A stretch of 64,000 nucleotides of DNA, from the IMG/VR virus record IMGVR_UViG_3300012000_000011; one strand, 5' to 3'. Below the pieces are notes generated by a model. The model saw nothing but the letters and a program-made list of their open reading frames with translations, searched no databases and was not told the origin of the DNA. Position numbers and translations under genes: made by a program. Below are positions 19,767-28,664 of the stretch, in pieces; positions within the stretch are counted from its first letter, which is position 1, and each line of letters begins with the position of its first letter. The DNA comes from an uncultured virus (IMG/VR IMGVR_UViG_3300012000_000011) (Duplodnaviria; Heunggongvirae; Uroviricota; Caudoviricetes).

Positions 19767-20150
19767 CTACTCAAACAAATAACCAACAAACGCTTTAACC
19801 GATATAAAAGATTCTTTTACTGGTTGTGCAGCGGGAGCTGCTGGAGCTGGTGCTGCTGATTTTCCTGCTGCGGGTGCTGCTGCTTGTTGCGCTTGTGGTG
19901 CTTGTGGTTTCTTTTGTTCGGGTTCTTTTTCCTTTGCAGAAGCAAGTTCAAGCGCACCTTTCAATATTTTCGAACCAGCAATTTTGTCCCCGCCAAGTTT
20001 TTCAGCCATAGCGGCTAATATGTCTGCTGCATCATCACGTTTTGTAACGTTTTGCATAAGAGCTTCTAAACCGGGAATCTTGGCTAGGCGATCATTTAGT
20101 TTTTTTGCTGCGGCAGATTGTTGTGCGTCTTCTTTCACATATTTTTTCAT
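19767..20150 (-). CDS. Hypothetical protein with Ala/Pro/Gln linker
   Basis: 127 aa, AAGGT RBS, TATATA upstream on minus strand, VKE/LFE motifs. Confidence 0.7.
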   Translation of the reverse strand: MKKYVKEDAQQSAAAKKLNDRLAKIPGLEALMQNVTKRDDAADILAAMAEKLGGDKIAGSKILKGALELASAKEKEPEQKKPQAPQAQQAAAPAAGKSAAPAPAAPAAQPVKESFISVKAFVGYLFE

Positions 20151-20235
20151 ATCAACCTTGTGATATATATGCTTTACTTATGCATAAAGTTTTGACATAC
20201 TTACTGATGACCCTAACGGTCGAAAAGGAGATATT

Positions 20236-20571
20236 ATGAGTATTCGTTCATTCGTTTTTGTATTGGCTTTCGGTATTGCTGGTTGCAATGGGTGTACCTC
20301 ACCAGCTAGCTCTGATGCCGCCGTTGATGTAGCAGTGGAAGTTGCTTCTGATGTTACATCCTCTGATGTACCTTCTGATGTTGTTGTATCCTCAGATGTG
20401 GTTTCTGACGTAGCTGTAGAAGCTTCTGTGGCTGACGATGTTGTAGTTTCGGATGCTGTTGTGGCTAGCGACGTTACAACGTTGGATGTACGTTCGGATG
20501 TTGCAACCTCCGATGTTGTTGCAGACGCAGCTACAGCCGTAAGCGATGCATCACGGGATGCTCGTGATTGA
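20236..20571 (+). CDS. Putative lipoprotein, low-complexity Asp/Val/Ser/Ala
   Basis: AAGGAG RBS; signal MSIRSFVFVLAFG + lipobox IAGC; repeated SDV/DAA. Confidence 0.7.
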   Translation: MSIRSFVFVLAFGIAGCNGCTSPASSDAAVDVAVEVASDVTSSDVPSDVVVSSDVVSDVAVEASVADDVVVSDAVVASDVTTLDVRSDVATSDVVADAATAVSDASRDARD

Positions 20572-20816
20572 AAGCTATGGATGAAATAGCATTTGGGGTA
20601 GTAAGAGCGCATATACTACCGCATGGGGCTACGTTTGAATTGTTTCCTTTAACAGTTAAAGGAAATTATTTAGGAGTTATAACCCATCCATCGCTAGCTA
20701 ACAAGATTGAAGAAACAATTAACACGGCTGGATTGCCGCAAGCACTAGCAGAAGAATATATGCATTGTAGAATGCATTCTTTGGCTGGTAGGCTTATTTC
20801 CAAGCTTTATCCATAG
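20568..20816 (+). CDS. Hypothetical protein
   Basis: 82 aa ORF overlapping previous stop. Confidence 0.5.
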   Translation: MKAMDEIAFGVVRAHILPHGATFELFPLTVKGNYLGVITHPSLANKIEETINTAGLPQALAEEYMHCRMHSLAGRLISKLYP

Positions 20817-20875
20817 AAATATTTTCTTTATATTTCTTTAAGCTTATGATATCCTTGTTTTACAAGGAGTAGGTT

Positions 20876-21055
20876 ATGAAGTTTCTAGCGGTTATGGTTT
20901 CGTTGTTCATTGTTGGTTGTTCTCCTCGTTGGGGAGATTATTGGTCATTGGACGCAGAAGTGCTTGACAGCGCACGGGAAACGTCAATGTCAGAACCAGA
21001 ATCACCATATATCTTTGATGATGTTGTTACTGCTGATGCTGTAATTTCAGACTGA
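20876..21055 (+). CDS. Small putative lipoprotein (59 aa, not in ORF track)
   Basis: AAGGAG RBS; MKFLAVMVSLF-IVGC-SPRWGDYWSLDAE...DAVISD*; tgatatcct -10-like upstream. Confidence 0.7.
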   Translation: MKFLAVMVSLFIVGCSPRWGDYWSLDAEVLDSARETSMSEPESPYIFDDVVTADAVISD

Positions 21056-21066
21056 AAGGTATTATC

Positions 21067-22095
21067 ATGGCAAAGGTTCTTGTAGGTTTGTCCGGTGGTG
21101 TTGACTCTGCTGTTGTTGCTGCGCTTCTAAAGCAACAAGGGCATGAAGTTTACGGTTACACTCTTAAGCTACTTGAAACCCTTGACAGCGATGAAGGTGA
21201 AGGTTGCTGTACCTTTAAGGATATTCGTGATGCTCGTATGGTTTGCGACAAGATGGGTATTGAATATCTTGTAACAAACTGGAAGCAAGTCTTTAAGAAG
21301 AATGTAATTGATCGATATGTTGATGGTGCAAAGCAAGGCATTGCATATAATCCTTGTGTAACTTGTAATAGTACCATTAAGCTTCCAGTTCTTGCTGCTG
21401 TTGCAAACCATTTTAATTGTGAGTATATTGCTACAGGGCATTATGCTAGGGTTAGCAACGGACGAATCACAAGGGCAAAGAATCTAAAGAAGGATCAAAG
21501 CTATTTCCTTTGGGAGACTCCAGCTTCTGTTGTATCTCGGCTTATGTTTCCCCTTGGTGAGTTTGATAGCAAGGATGATACAAGAGCTATTGCCCGTGAA
21601 TTCGGGTTGCACGTTGCTGATAAAAAGGATAGTACCGATCTATGCTTTCTCGCTGGAGGAACAAAGAATGAGTTTTTGGAACGAAACGGTGTGGTATCTA
21701 ACGCTGGTAACATCATTGATGTTGATGGACAGGTGCTAGGCAAGCATGACGGCTACACAAAGTATGTAGCAGGACAACGTATTGGAGGTAGCTCCGAGCG
21801 TAGATACGTTCTTAATGTTATTCCTTCTAATGGTGATGTTGTGGTTGGAACAAGACAACAAGCAAACACAAACACTCTTAAGCTTGTTAATGCCAGAATC
21901 GATTTTAATGGCGATCTAACAAACGTTGCAGCAGTTACCCGTTACCATTCATCTCCTGTCACTGTTAAGGCTATTACGAGCGTTAACGATGAAGTTAACG
22001 TCTCACTTAATGACTCAGTGTTTGGAGTAGCCAAGGGACAAAGCTGTGTGTTTTATCGTGGCGATGAAGTTGTAGGTGGAGGAATCATTGCTTAA
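21067..22095 (+). CDS. mnmA: tRNA U34 2-thiouridylase MnmA
   Basis: PP-loop LSGGVDS, NPCVTCN, ATGHYA, KDQSYFL, K.DS.DLCF, GQSCVFY...GGG.I. Confidence 0.95.
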   Translation: MAKVLVGLSGGVDSAVVAALLKQQGHEVYGYTLKLLETLDSDEGEGCCTFKDIRDARMVCDKMGIEYLVTNWKQVFKKNVIDRYVDGAKQGIAYNPCVTCNSTIKLPVLAAVANHFNCEYIATGHYARVSNGRITRAKNLKKDQSYFLWETPASVVSRLMFPLGEFDSKDDTRAIAREFGLHVADKKDSTDLCFLAGGTKNEFLERNGVVSNAGNIIDVDGQVLGKHDGYTKYVAGQRIGGSSERRYVLNVIPSNGDVVVGTRQQANTNTLKLVNARIDFNGDLTNVAAVTRYHSSPVTVKAITSVNDEVNVSLNDSVFGVAKGQSCVFYRGDEVVGGGIIA

Positions 22096-22321
22096 CATTA
22101 AACGTGGTGGTTTGTATGTTGCACCTTGGAAATATACTTTTATGGAATATTTCATAGAAAAAGGTGATTTGATTGTGATACTAGAAGTTAAGAAACTAGA
22201 TTTTGAATACACAAACATTGACGCCGCTCATTATATGGTAAAAGCATTGTTGTCAACAGGCGATGTTGTAAAATTTCGTGCTTCAGAATCAGCACTTAAA
22301 AATCATTGGAAGCGTGTATGA
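22076..22321 (+). CDS. Small beta-barrel paralogue 1
   Basis: IKRGGLY...KALLSTGDVVKF. Confidence 0.6.
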   Translation: MEESLLNIKRGGLYVAPWKYTFMEYFIEKGDLIVILEVKKLDFEYTNIDAAHYMVKALLSTGDVVKFRASESALKNHWKRV

Positions 22322-22593
22322 ATACAGAAAGTATCACTATTGGTGCGCTTTATACGGTGCAGCTCCTCCCCGATAGCCACTCAACCAGCTTTATGGTTTC
22401 GGTGTATGGTGAGGGTTGGAAGTTTTGCAATGTGCATACATCGATGTTGATGGTTCTAGACAAAAACGTTGACGTTAACGTTGAAAATTCCGACTTGATT
22501 AATGTTCGTGTTTTGTTGAATGATGGAACTGTTGGTGTGTATTGGGCACCAGAAAGATTACGTTTGATTGATGGAAAAACTTGTAATAGGTAA
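22306..22593 (+). CDS. Small beta-barrel paralogue 2
   Basis: ITIGALY...RVLLNDGTVGVY. Confidence 0.6.
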   Translation: MEACMNTESITIGALYTVQLLPDSHSTSFMVSVYGEGWKFCNVHTSMLMVLDKNVDVNVENSDLINVRVLLNDGTVGVYWAPERLRLIDGKTCNR

Positions 22594-22798
22594 GATATAT
22601 TACATCGCTCCCGCCAGCGGATCGAAAACTTTCATGGTAAGAATTCAACCAAAAAAATGGGTTAACTATCCATGTAGTGAACCTATTGTGCTTTTAAGCA
22701 TATCTTCAAGTTTCTACAAAGCTTTGATGTATGACGGATTAATCGGTGAATTTTACGTTTCTTATCAACACTTTGTTGAAAAAGAAAAAAACGTTTAG
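22568..22798 (+). CDS. Small beta-barrel paralogue 3
   Basis: LVIGKIY...KALMYDGLIGEF. Confidence 0.6.
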   Translation: MMEKLVIGKIYYIAPASGSKTFMVRIQPKKWVNYPCSEPIVLLSISSSFYKALMYDGLIGEFYVSYQHFVEKEKNV

Positions 22799-22828
22799 AT
22801 AATCTTAAACACATGATAGTATAAAACT

Positions 22829-23017
22829 ATGAAATACAAAGTTCGTAACTGGATTGCTGTTAATGCTTGGAACCGTAAGGGTGGTGTTCACACTCGCTCG
22901 CTGAATGAGCCCCGTGGTGGTCAGCGCAACGTTCAACGTGAATACATCGATGATTATGAGAACGAGCTAGACGTTGAAGATGCTTGCAACGATGATCTCA
23001 ATGATTGTTGGGATTGA
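22829..23017 (+). CDS. Small hypothetical protein (basic N-terminus, acidic C-terminus)
   Basis: RN..A..AW.RKGG.H; -10-like tgatagtat upstream. Confidence 0.6.
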   Translation: MKYKVRNWIAVNAWNRKGGVHTRSLNEPRGGQRNVQREYIDDYENELDVEDACNDDLNDCWD

Positions 23018-23188
23018 AAAGTTGCAAACTCTTTGTTTTTAAAGGAAAAATGAATTCGATCACACTATATATGCATACGTTTTAAATGTTTGTTATCGGC
23101 TGGTAACATAAAAACATAAACGACAAACAAACAACTACTTGACGAGACATAGCTATAATGTGTATAGCTTTGAAAGTCAGGAAAACTA

Positions 23189-23497
23189 ATGTGGTTTAGG
23201 AACAAGAAGATGACAGGAAAGCATCAGTTTAAGACGGGTGATGTTGTTGTTATTTATGGTCGCACAAACTTTGATCGTGAAGTAATTACATATACCGACG
23301 CAAAGGATCTTGTGGCTTATATCCGCAACAAGGATTATCCAGATAACAAAAGCATGAACAATGAAGAGTACATGAGAACCATTGTGCAAAACATTCAAGA
23401 ATACAACGAAGGCTTTACTCTGCCGATTCATGATGAAGAAGCGTTTGTGTCTGCTTTGATTCGGTTGGGGCTATGTGACAAAACTCAATTAAACTAA
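23189..23497 (+). CDS. Hypothetical protein
   Basis: 102 aa ORF, TTGACG and tgtgtatagct upstream. Confidence 0.65.
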   Translation: MWFRNKKMTGKHQFKTGDVVVIYGRTNFDREVITYTDAKDLVAYIRNKDYPDNKSMNNEEYMRTIVQNIQEYNEGFTLPIHDEEAFVSALIRLGLCDKTQLN

Positions 23498-23498
23498 A

Positions 23499-23771
23499 AT
23501 GCATATCGAAGTTGGTAAAATCTACGAATTAATTCACTCCAACGTTGTTGAAACGGTGGTCTTCAATCTTGAATTTGAAGAAATTGCAAGGTTGTCGTTG
23601 GGGCAAACGTTCGTAGCTTTAGAGCTAATTGGTGAGTTTGAAACAACAGCCGAATACCAATCGATATATCCAAAAAACAACAAAATATTCAAAGTGAAAA
23701 TCCTTACATCCGAAGGAAAAGTGGGTTTTTGCTCGTTTTGGGCCAGCGAAATAAAAATCGTAGAAAATTGA
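23499..23771 (+). CDS. Small beta-barrel paralogue 4
   Basis: IEVGKIY...KILTSEGKVGFC. Confidence 0.65.
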   Translation: MHIEVGKIYELIHSNVVETVVFNLEFEEIARLSLGQTFVALELIGEFETTAEYQSIYPKNNKIFKVKILTSEGKVGFCSFWASEIKIVEN

Positions 23772-23827
23772 TTTAGATATTCCAAACCATGTGATATTCT
23801 CTTTTAGAAAGAGAGACAGAAAGACAA

Positions 23828-24079
23828 ATGGCTCGCATCCGTTCAAATGAGTTTGTGACGTTCGTTAACACTGGCAAGAGCTTTAAGTTTGGTGCTCTTA
23901 CCATGAATGGTAACGAGGTTCGCAGTTATAACACAGTGATTGCTACGGTTGATCGTGATAACAAGGTTGTTACGATTAATCCTCGCAAGTATAGCGTTAC
24001 CACTACCATTCATCAGCGTGCAGCCGAGGTTGGTATGCACTATCTTCACGACTACACCGTTTCTTACATTCCGGTTTGA
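23828..24079 (+). CDS. Small hypothetical phage protein
   Basis: SYNTVIA...KYSVTTTIHQ, a common phage early-protein pattern; tgtgatattct upstream. Confidence 0.7.
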   Translation: MARIRSNEFVTFVNTGKSFKFGALTMNGNEVRSYNTVIATVDRDNKVVTINPRKYSVTTTIHQRAAEVGMHYLHDYTVSYIPV

Positions 24080-24099
24080 TAGAGTAAAAAGAAAAGACA

Positions 24100-24282
24100 A
24101 TGGCTAATCACAACAAGAACAAGCGGTTCAGCGGCGAGAATTTTCAACGTGTGCGAAAGGCTCGTGTTGTCGGGCAAGATGCGCTAGAGCGTGAACAACG
24201 CCGTCGAGAAGAGCGTGGATTTGTTCGTCCAATTGTAGAAACCGAAGAAGATTTTTATTTGGAATACTACAATGACGAGTGA
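24100..24282 (+). CDS. Small hypothetical protein (basic then acidic)
   Basis: 60 aa; purine-rich leader similar to 23828 gene. Confidence 0.55.
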   Translation: MANHNKNKRFSGENFQRVRKARVVGQDALEREQRRREERGFVRPIVETEEDFYLEYYNDE

Positions 24283-24704
24283 TTCATATGAATCGGCTGA
24301 TTGAAGCTACGTTGAGTTTTGCCCGTGCTCATAGGCATGATCCTGATATTCCTGCGTGGGTAACCGCAATGATCGTTTCTGGTGGCAGGGTTTTGTCCGT
24401 GGGATATAATTCCCGTGCAAGCTCTGGATTGCAGGAACGTTATAAGACCAATCCTCATTGCAACAGCATTCATGCCGAGGTTGATTCTGTTTTGAACGTT
24501 CGGCGTAAGGTTGATCTGCGAGGCAGCAAGATTGTTGTTGTTCGACGGCTTCGTACTGACAATGAGAATAATATGGCTTTGGCGATGGCAAAGCCTTGTC
24601 CAATGTGTCAAGAAGTTTTGTACGCTTATGGTATCAAGAAGGCACTATATACTATTAGCACTAATGAATATGGTGTTATGAAAATTGTTGACCCAAGAGT
24701 TTGA
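24279..24704 (+). CDS. Zn-dependent cytidine/dCMP deaminase-fold protein
   Basis: G.N, HAE, KPCPMC. Confidence 0.85.
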   Translation: MIHMNRLIEATLSFARAHRHDPDIPAWVTAMIVSGGRVLSVGYNSRASSGLQERYKTNPHCNSIHAEVDSVLNVRRKVDLRGSKIVVVRRLRTDNENNMALAMAKPCPMCQEVLYAYGIKKALYTISTNEYGVMKIVDPRV

Positions 24705-24707
24705 GGT

Positions 24708-24965
24708 ATGCTAATAATAGGTAAATTATATCGTACAGAAAGAACTGCATCTCTTTACGATAGAATTTACAAAGACAACAACAACGTTGTCAACGGTTAT
24801 AAGCATATTGGAATCGTAGAAGAAAATACGTTGTGTGTGGTGTTAGCGATAAACGAATCTAAGGAATGGCACACAAAGAACTATATAGCAAAGGTGTTAA
24901 CAGGTAATGGCATCGTTGGATGGTTGATACTATCATGTGCAGCTCCAACACTGGCACTCGTATAA
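24708..24965 (+). CDS. Small beta-barrel paralogue 5
   Basis: LIIGKLY...KVLTGNGIVGWL. Confidence 0.65.
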   Translation: MLIIGKLYRTERTASLYDRIYKDNNNVVNGYKHIGIVEENTLCVVLAINESKEWHTKNYIAKVLTGNGIVGWLILSCAAPTLALV

Positions 24966-25023
24966 CCTATTAACAATCGAATATAAAGGTGTTATGCTGT
25001 CATCTAACAAGGAGTAACGATCA

Positions 25024-25434
25024 ATGTCAAAGGTAACAACACAAGAAGTCACAGTTAAGGTTAAGAACCATCCCAGAGAAATGTTTTATGCAGGAAAGCA
25101 AACCCGAGATCATTTGAACGGCATCATGAAATATATGTCGTACAAGAAAACGTTTCCAGACCTTGAATGTGTAGCAAACTTTCTAAACACCGTTAATGTT
25201 GGTGATTATGTAGGCGTGGAACATAACCAATATAAAGTAGAAGAAGTATCAGAACACAGTTTTATTGGAACAAATATTCATACCAAAAGGTTGCGAACAG
25301 TTAGTGCAGAAGATTTAACGATGGGACTTGGTTCGGGATATTGCGAAATTCTATATCGGGATGGTAAGCCGTATGGAATTGAAACCGAAAAGAAAGTTAC
25401 AGTAAAAATCGTAGATCATACAAAGGATCAATGA
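25024..25434 (+). CDS. Hypothetical protein
   Basis: AAGGAG RBS, tgttatgct upstream. Confidence 0.7.
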   Translation: MSKVTTQEVTVKVKNHPREMFYAGKQTRDHLNGIMKYMSYKKTFPDLECVANFLNTVNVGDYVGVEHNQYKVEEVSEHSFIGTNIHTKRLRTVSAEDLTMGLGSGYCEILYRDGKPYGIETEKKVTVKIVDHTKDQ

Positions 25435-25435
25435 T

Positions 25436-26275
25436 ATGAATGTGCTTAGTTTGTTTGACGGTATGAGTTGTGGGCAGCTTGCATTAAATCGTGCTGGAGT
25501 AAAGTACAACAAATACTACGCATCAGAGATTGAGAAGAATGCAATCAAGATCACGCAAACAAACTATCCAGCCACAATCCAACTTGGACCGATTCAATCG
25601 GTTACTGCTTCTCAACTTGAACCTATCGATCTTTTGATTGGTGGAAGTCCCTGCCAAGGATTTAGTACCGCAGGAAAGATGCAATCTTTCAACGACCCCC
25701 GCAGCCGTTTGTTTTTTGAATATGTGCGGGTATATAAAGAATGCAATCCCAAGTATTTTCTTCTTGAAAACGTAGTAATGAAAAAGCAAGATCAAGCAGT
25801 TATTACCAAACTGCTTGGTGTTGAGCCTGTTAACATTAACAGTGCGCTTGTGTCTGCTCAAAACAGACGCCGACTATATTGGACTAACATTCCATTTAAG
25901 GGATTGCCGCAGGATAAGAACATTACGTTGGATAGTATTTTGGAGAGCGATCCTTTGCCGAAATACTATCTTTCCGAGTTAGCGATCGCTACACTTGAAC
26001 GAACGAAATGGGTTAAGCCGTGGTGTACGTCAGCTACACCAAAAACAGGAACAATTATTGCGGGTTATAGTAAAAATCCCGGTGGTGCTTATTACTTTGA
26101 TGACGGAACCAGAAAAAGAAAGTTCACACCACTAGAGTTTGAAAGGTTGCAAACCGTTCCAGATAATTACACTGCTTGCGTTGCCAACACACATCGATAT
26201 CATGCTTTGGGTAATGGTTGGACCGTTGATGTGATCGCTCATATCTTTAATGGTTTAATCACCACAAATGAATAA
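25436..26275 (+). CDS. C5 cytosine DNA methyltransferase (orphan)
   Basis: LSLFDG, GGSPCQ, ENV, QNRRRLY, RLQT, LGNGW. Confidence 0.93.
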   Translation: MNVLSLFDGMSCGQLALNRAGVKYNKYYASEIEKNAIKITQTNYPATIQLGPIQSVTASQLEPIDLLIGGSPCQGFSTAGKMQSFNDPRSRLFFEYVRVYKECNPKYFLLENVVMKKQDQAVITKLLGVEPVNINSALVSAQNRRRLYWTNIPFKGLPQDKNITLDSILESDPLPKYYLSELAIATLERTKWVKPWCTSATPKTGTIIAGYSKNPGGAYYFDDGTRKRKFTPLEFERLQTVPDNYTACVANTHRYHALGNGWTVDVIAHIFNGLITTNE

Positions 26276-26296
26276 AGTTGTTGTAGACTATGGCTC

Positions 26297-27214
26297 ATGC
26301 TATCAAGTCTACCTAAAGAATTCTATATTCCTGCCAAAGCGCAAGTTATTTTCGTTCAAGATTTTTTCGCTACAGAAATTCTTGGTGGTGCTGAGTTAAC
26401 CTCAGACGCTATCATTAAAGCTTGCCCTAAACAATTGTTTCAAATGCACTCTCACAGTGTAACAGAAACAATGGTTAAAAAGCATCATGACAAGATATGG
26501 GTGATTGGCAATCAAACAATGATTCCTCCCCATGTCTTGCAAGCTTTTATCGATCACAAGGTTCGATACTATTTCTTTGAGTATGACTTTAAACCTTGTG
26601 TGTTACGTTCTACCAAAAAGCATGAGCTTCAAGCTGGTAGTTGCGGTTGTGAAAAAACTCCACACGGCAAATATATGGCTCATTGGATGACTTGCGCCAA
26701 GGTTTTGTTTTGGTGCAGCGACGGACAAAGAGACAAGTTTTATAGATTGTATCCAGAACTTAAAGGCAAAACAAAAGACTTTACTCAAAGCTCTACGTTC
26801 TACCCAGAAACTATTCTAAACATTAGAAAGGTAAGAGAACGTAAAGAAGCTGGTGAGCTTGTGCCAGAAGATAGATGGGCTATTCTTGATTCAGATAGCT
26901 GGATTAAAGGCACAGAAGATGCGGTGAAATACTGCAAAGAAAAGAATATGCCTTATGTTCTTCTTAAGGGATTAACCAATGAAAGATTCTTGGAAGAACT
27001 AGCGAAGAGTAAGGGGTTGGTATTCTTTCCAAGAGATATGGATGTAGGCTCCAGAATAACAACAGAAACAAAACTGTTGGGAGGAACACCTATTGTTAAC
27101 GATCAAGTTCTTCATGCCACAGAAGAATGGTTCAACAAAAGCATTCCAGAGATTGAAGAATATTTGATTGACGGACCTTCAAGATTTTGGAGGATTGTAG
27201 AGGAAACCCTTTAA
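26297..27214 (+). CDS. Glycosyltransferase-like (GT-B) protein
   Basis: N-terminal GGAE, KG...A, SKGLVFFP...SRITTETKLLG resemble GT-B fold. Confidence 0.55.
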   Translation: MLSSLPKEFYIPAKAQVIFVQDFFATEILGGAELTSDAIIKACPKQLFQMHSHSVTETMVKKHHDKIWVIGNQTMIPPHVLQAFIDHKVRYYFFEYDFKPCVLRSTKKHELQAGSCGCEKTPHGKYMAHWMTCAKVLFWCSDGQRDKFYRLYPELKGKTKDFTQSSTFYPETILNIRKVRERKEAGELVPEDRWAILDSDSWIKGTEDAVKYCKEKNMPYVLLKGLTNERFLEELAKSKGLVFFPRDMDVGSRITTETKLLGGTPIVNDQVLHATEEWFNKSIPEIEEYLIDGPSRFWRIVEETL

Positions 27215-27586
27215 TCCTTCTGAAATTAAGTCTGCGTATATGTCACGGTTTTTTCTTCCGTAAAATCTTACAAGTCTTCCGCTCATAGTATTAGCTTCAT
27301 CTTCAAGGGGTTGAAGACCTTCATCATCCATAGGAAACAACGTTCCTTGTTGTTGTTGGCGGCAGTGAGTTAGCTCATGAGCCATTGTACGCATAATATC
27401 TGCTATAGCACGATTATGCACAGCAACAAACACCTCACAGTTATTAGGGTCAAAGTATCCTGCGGTTGGCATACCTGTTTGATGCTTGGACAAAGTTATT
27501 CTTACTGGCCCTTTAAGACCAAGTTCTTTAATGCAATGAGCCGCAAACTGTTTAATCATTGCGATGTTTTGCTTTGTGAGTTTCAT
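27179..27586 (-). CDS. Zn metallopeptidase-like protein (HExxH)
   Basis: RTMAHELTH..Q...EDEAN..SGR. Confidence 0.75.
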   Translation of the reverse strand: MKLTKQNIAMIKQFAAHCIKELGLKGPVRITLSKHQTGMPTAGYFDPNNCEVFVAVHNRAIADIMRTMAHELTHCRQQQQGTLFPMDDEGLQPLEDEANTMSGRLVRFYGRKNRDIYADLISEGLKGFLYNPPKS

Positions 27587-27647
27587 GCAGTTATAACTAG
27601 ACTTTGTTTTTAATATCTGCTAACATCGATAAGAAAGGTAACGAAAT

Positions 27648-28646
27648 ATGATTTTTCACGAATATGACGATGTGTTTATTTTCCCTGATTTCTCAGATAT
27701 TCTGAGTAGATCAGAAGTGAATACATCTGTTGTGCTTGAGAGTGTTGATAGCGACCATAGCCTAACACTAAAAGTACCTGTAATTTCTGCCAACATGGAT
27801 ACGATTACAGAAGGCGATATGGCCAGAGTGCTTTCTCATGCTGGAGCTTGTGGTGCAATTCATCGATTTATGACAATCGAAGACAATGTTTTGTCTTATG
27901 CTCAAGCAACAGCTCAAAGAGATACCGAATGTTTTGTTTCTATTGGCACCAATAGAGATTGGCAAGAACGAGCAGAAGCTCTTCACAAAGCTGGTGCTCG
28001 ATTCTTTGTGGTTGATATTGCTCACGGTCACACTCAAATGATGAAAAACACAATTGAGTGGTTGCGTAAACGTTTTGGTAGAGATATTTTCATCATGGCA
28101 GGAAACGTTGGAACACCAGAAGCCGTCCATGATCTTGACTCATGGGGTGCTGATGCTATTAAGGTTGGTATTGGTGGTGGGTTTGTATGTGAGACAAAGA
28201 ATGTAACAGGTGTTAATACACCTATGTTTACAACAGTTATGCGTTGTGCAAGAAACACTGACAAGCCTGTTATTGCTGATGGTGGTGCAAGAGCTTATGG
28301 AGACGTTGCCAAGGCTATTGGTGCTGGAGCATCAGCGGTTATGAGCGGATATTTCTTTGCAGGTTGCCCAGAGAATCCAGATAGGTCAAGAGTATATGAC
28401 CCAATCACTCATACATACAAGCCAATTTATCGTGGTATGGCATCAAGGGATGCAATGGCCGTGATTAGAGAAGCTGATAAAGGTTTGCCAACACCAGAAG
28501 GTAGAAGCACAACAACTAACTTGAAGGCAAGTGCTAAAGTTGTTGTTGAAGAAATTGCTGGTGGATTGCGTTCAGCGTTTTCTTATGTTGGAGCACGCAA
28601 TTTTTGCGAATTCCAAAGCAGAGTTAAGTTTGGATATCGTCGCTAG
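27648..28646 (+). CDS. IMP dehydrogenase / GMP reductase family protein (no CBS domain)
   Basis: YDDV, P..SANMDT, IHRF, VDIAHGH, AGNV, KVGIGGG.VC.T, IADGG, YRGMAS, EG, GGLRSAFSY.GA. Confidence 0.92.
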   Translation: MIFHEYDDVFIFPDFSDILSRSEVNTSVVLESVDSDHSLTLKVPVISANMDTITEGDMARVLSHAGACGAIHRFMTIEDNVLSYAQATAQRDTECFVSIGTNRDWQERAEALHKAGARFFVVDIAHGHTQMMKNTIEWLRKRFGRDIFIMAGNVGTPEAVHDLDSWGADAIKVGIGGGFVCETKNVTGVNTPMFTTVMRCARNTDKPVIADGGARAYGDVAKAIGAGASAVMSGYFFAGCPENPDRSRVYDPITHTYKPIYRGMASRDAMAVIREADKGLPTPEGRSTTTNLKASAKVVVEEIAGGLRSAFSYVGARNFCEFQSRVKFGYRR

Positions 28647-28664
28647 TTAACAACAGGAGTATAT

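Noticed and set aside
25436..26275. Complete restriction-modification system
   Set aside because: No adjacent restriction endonuclease recognisable; treated as orphan methyltransferase
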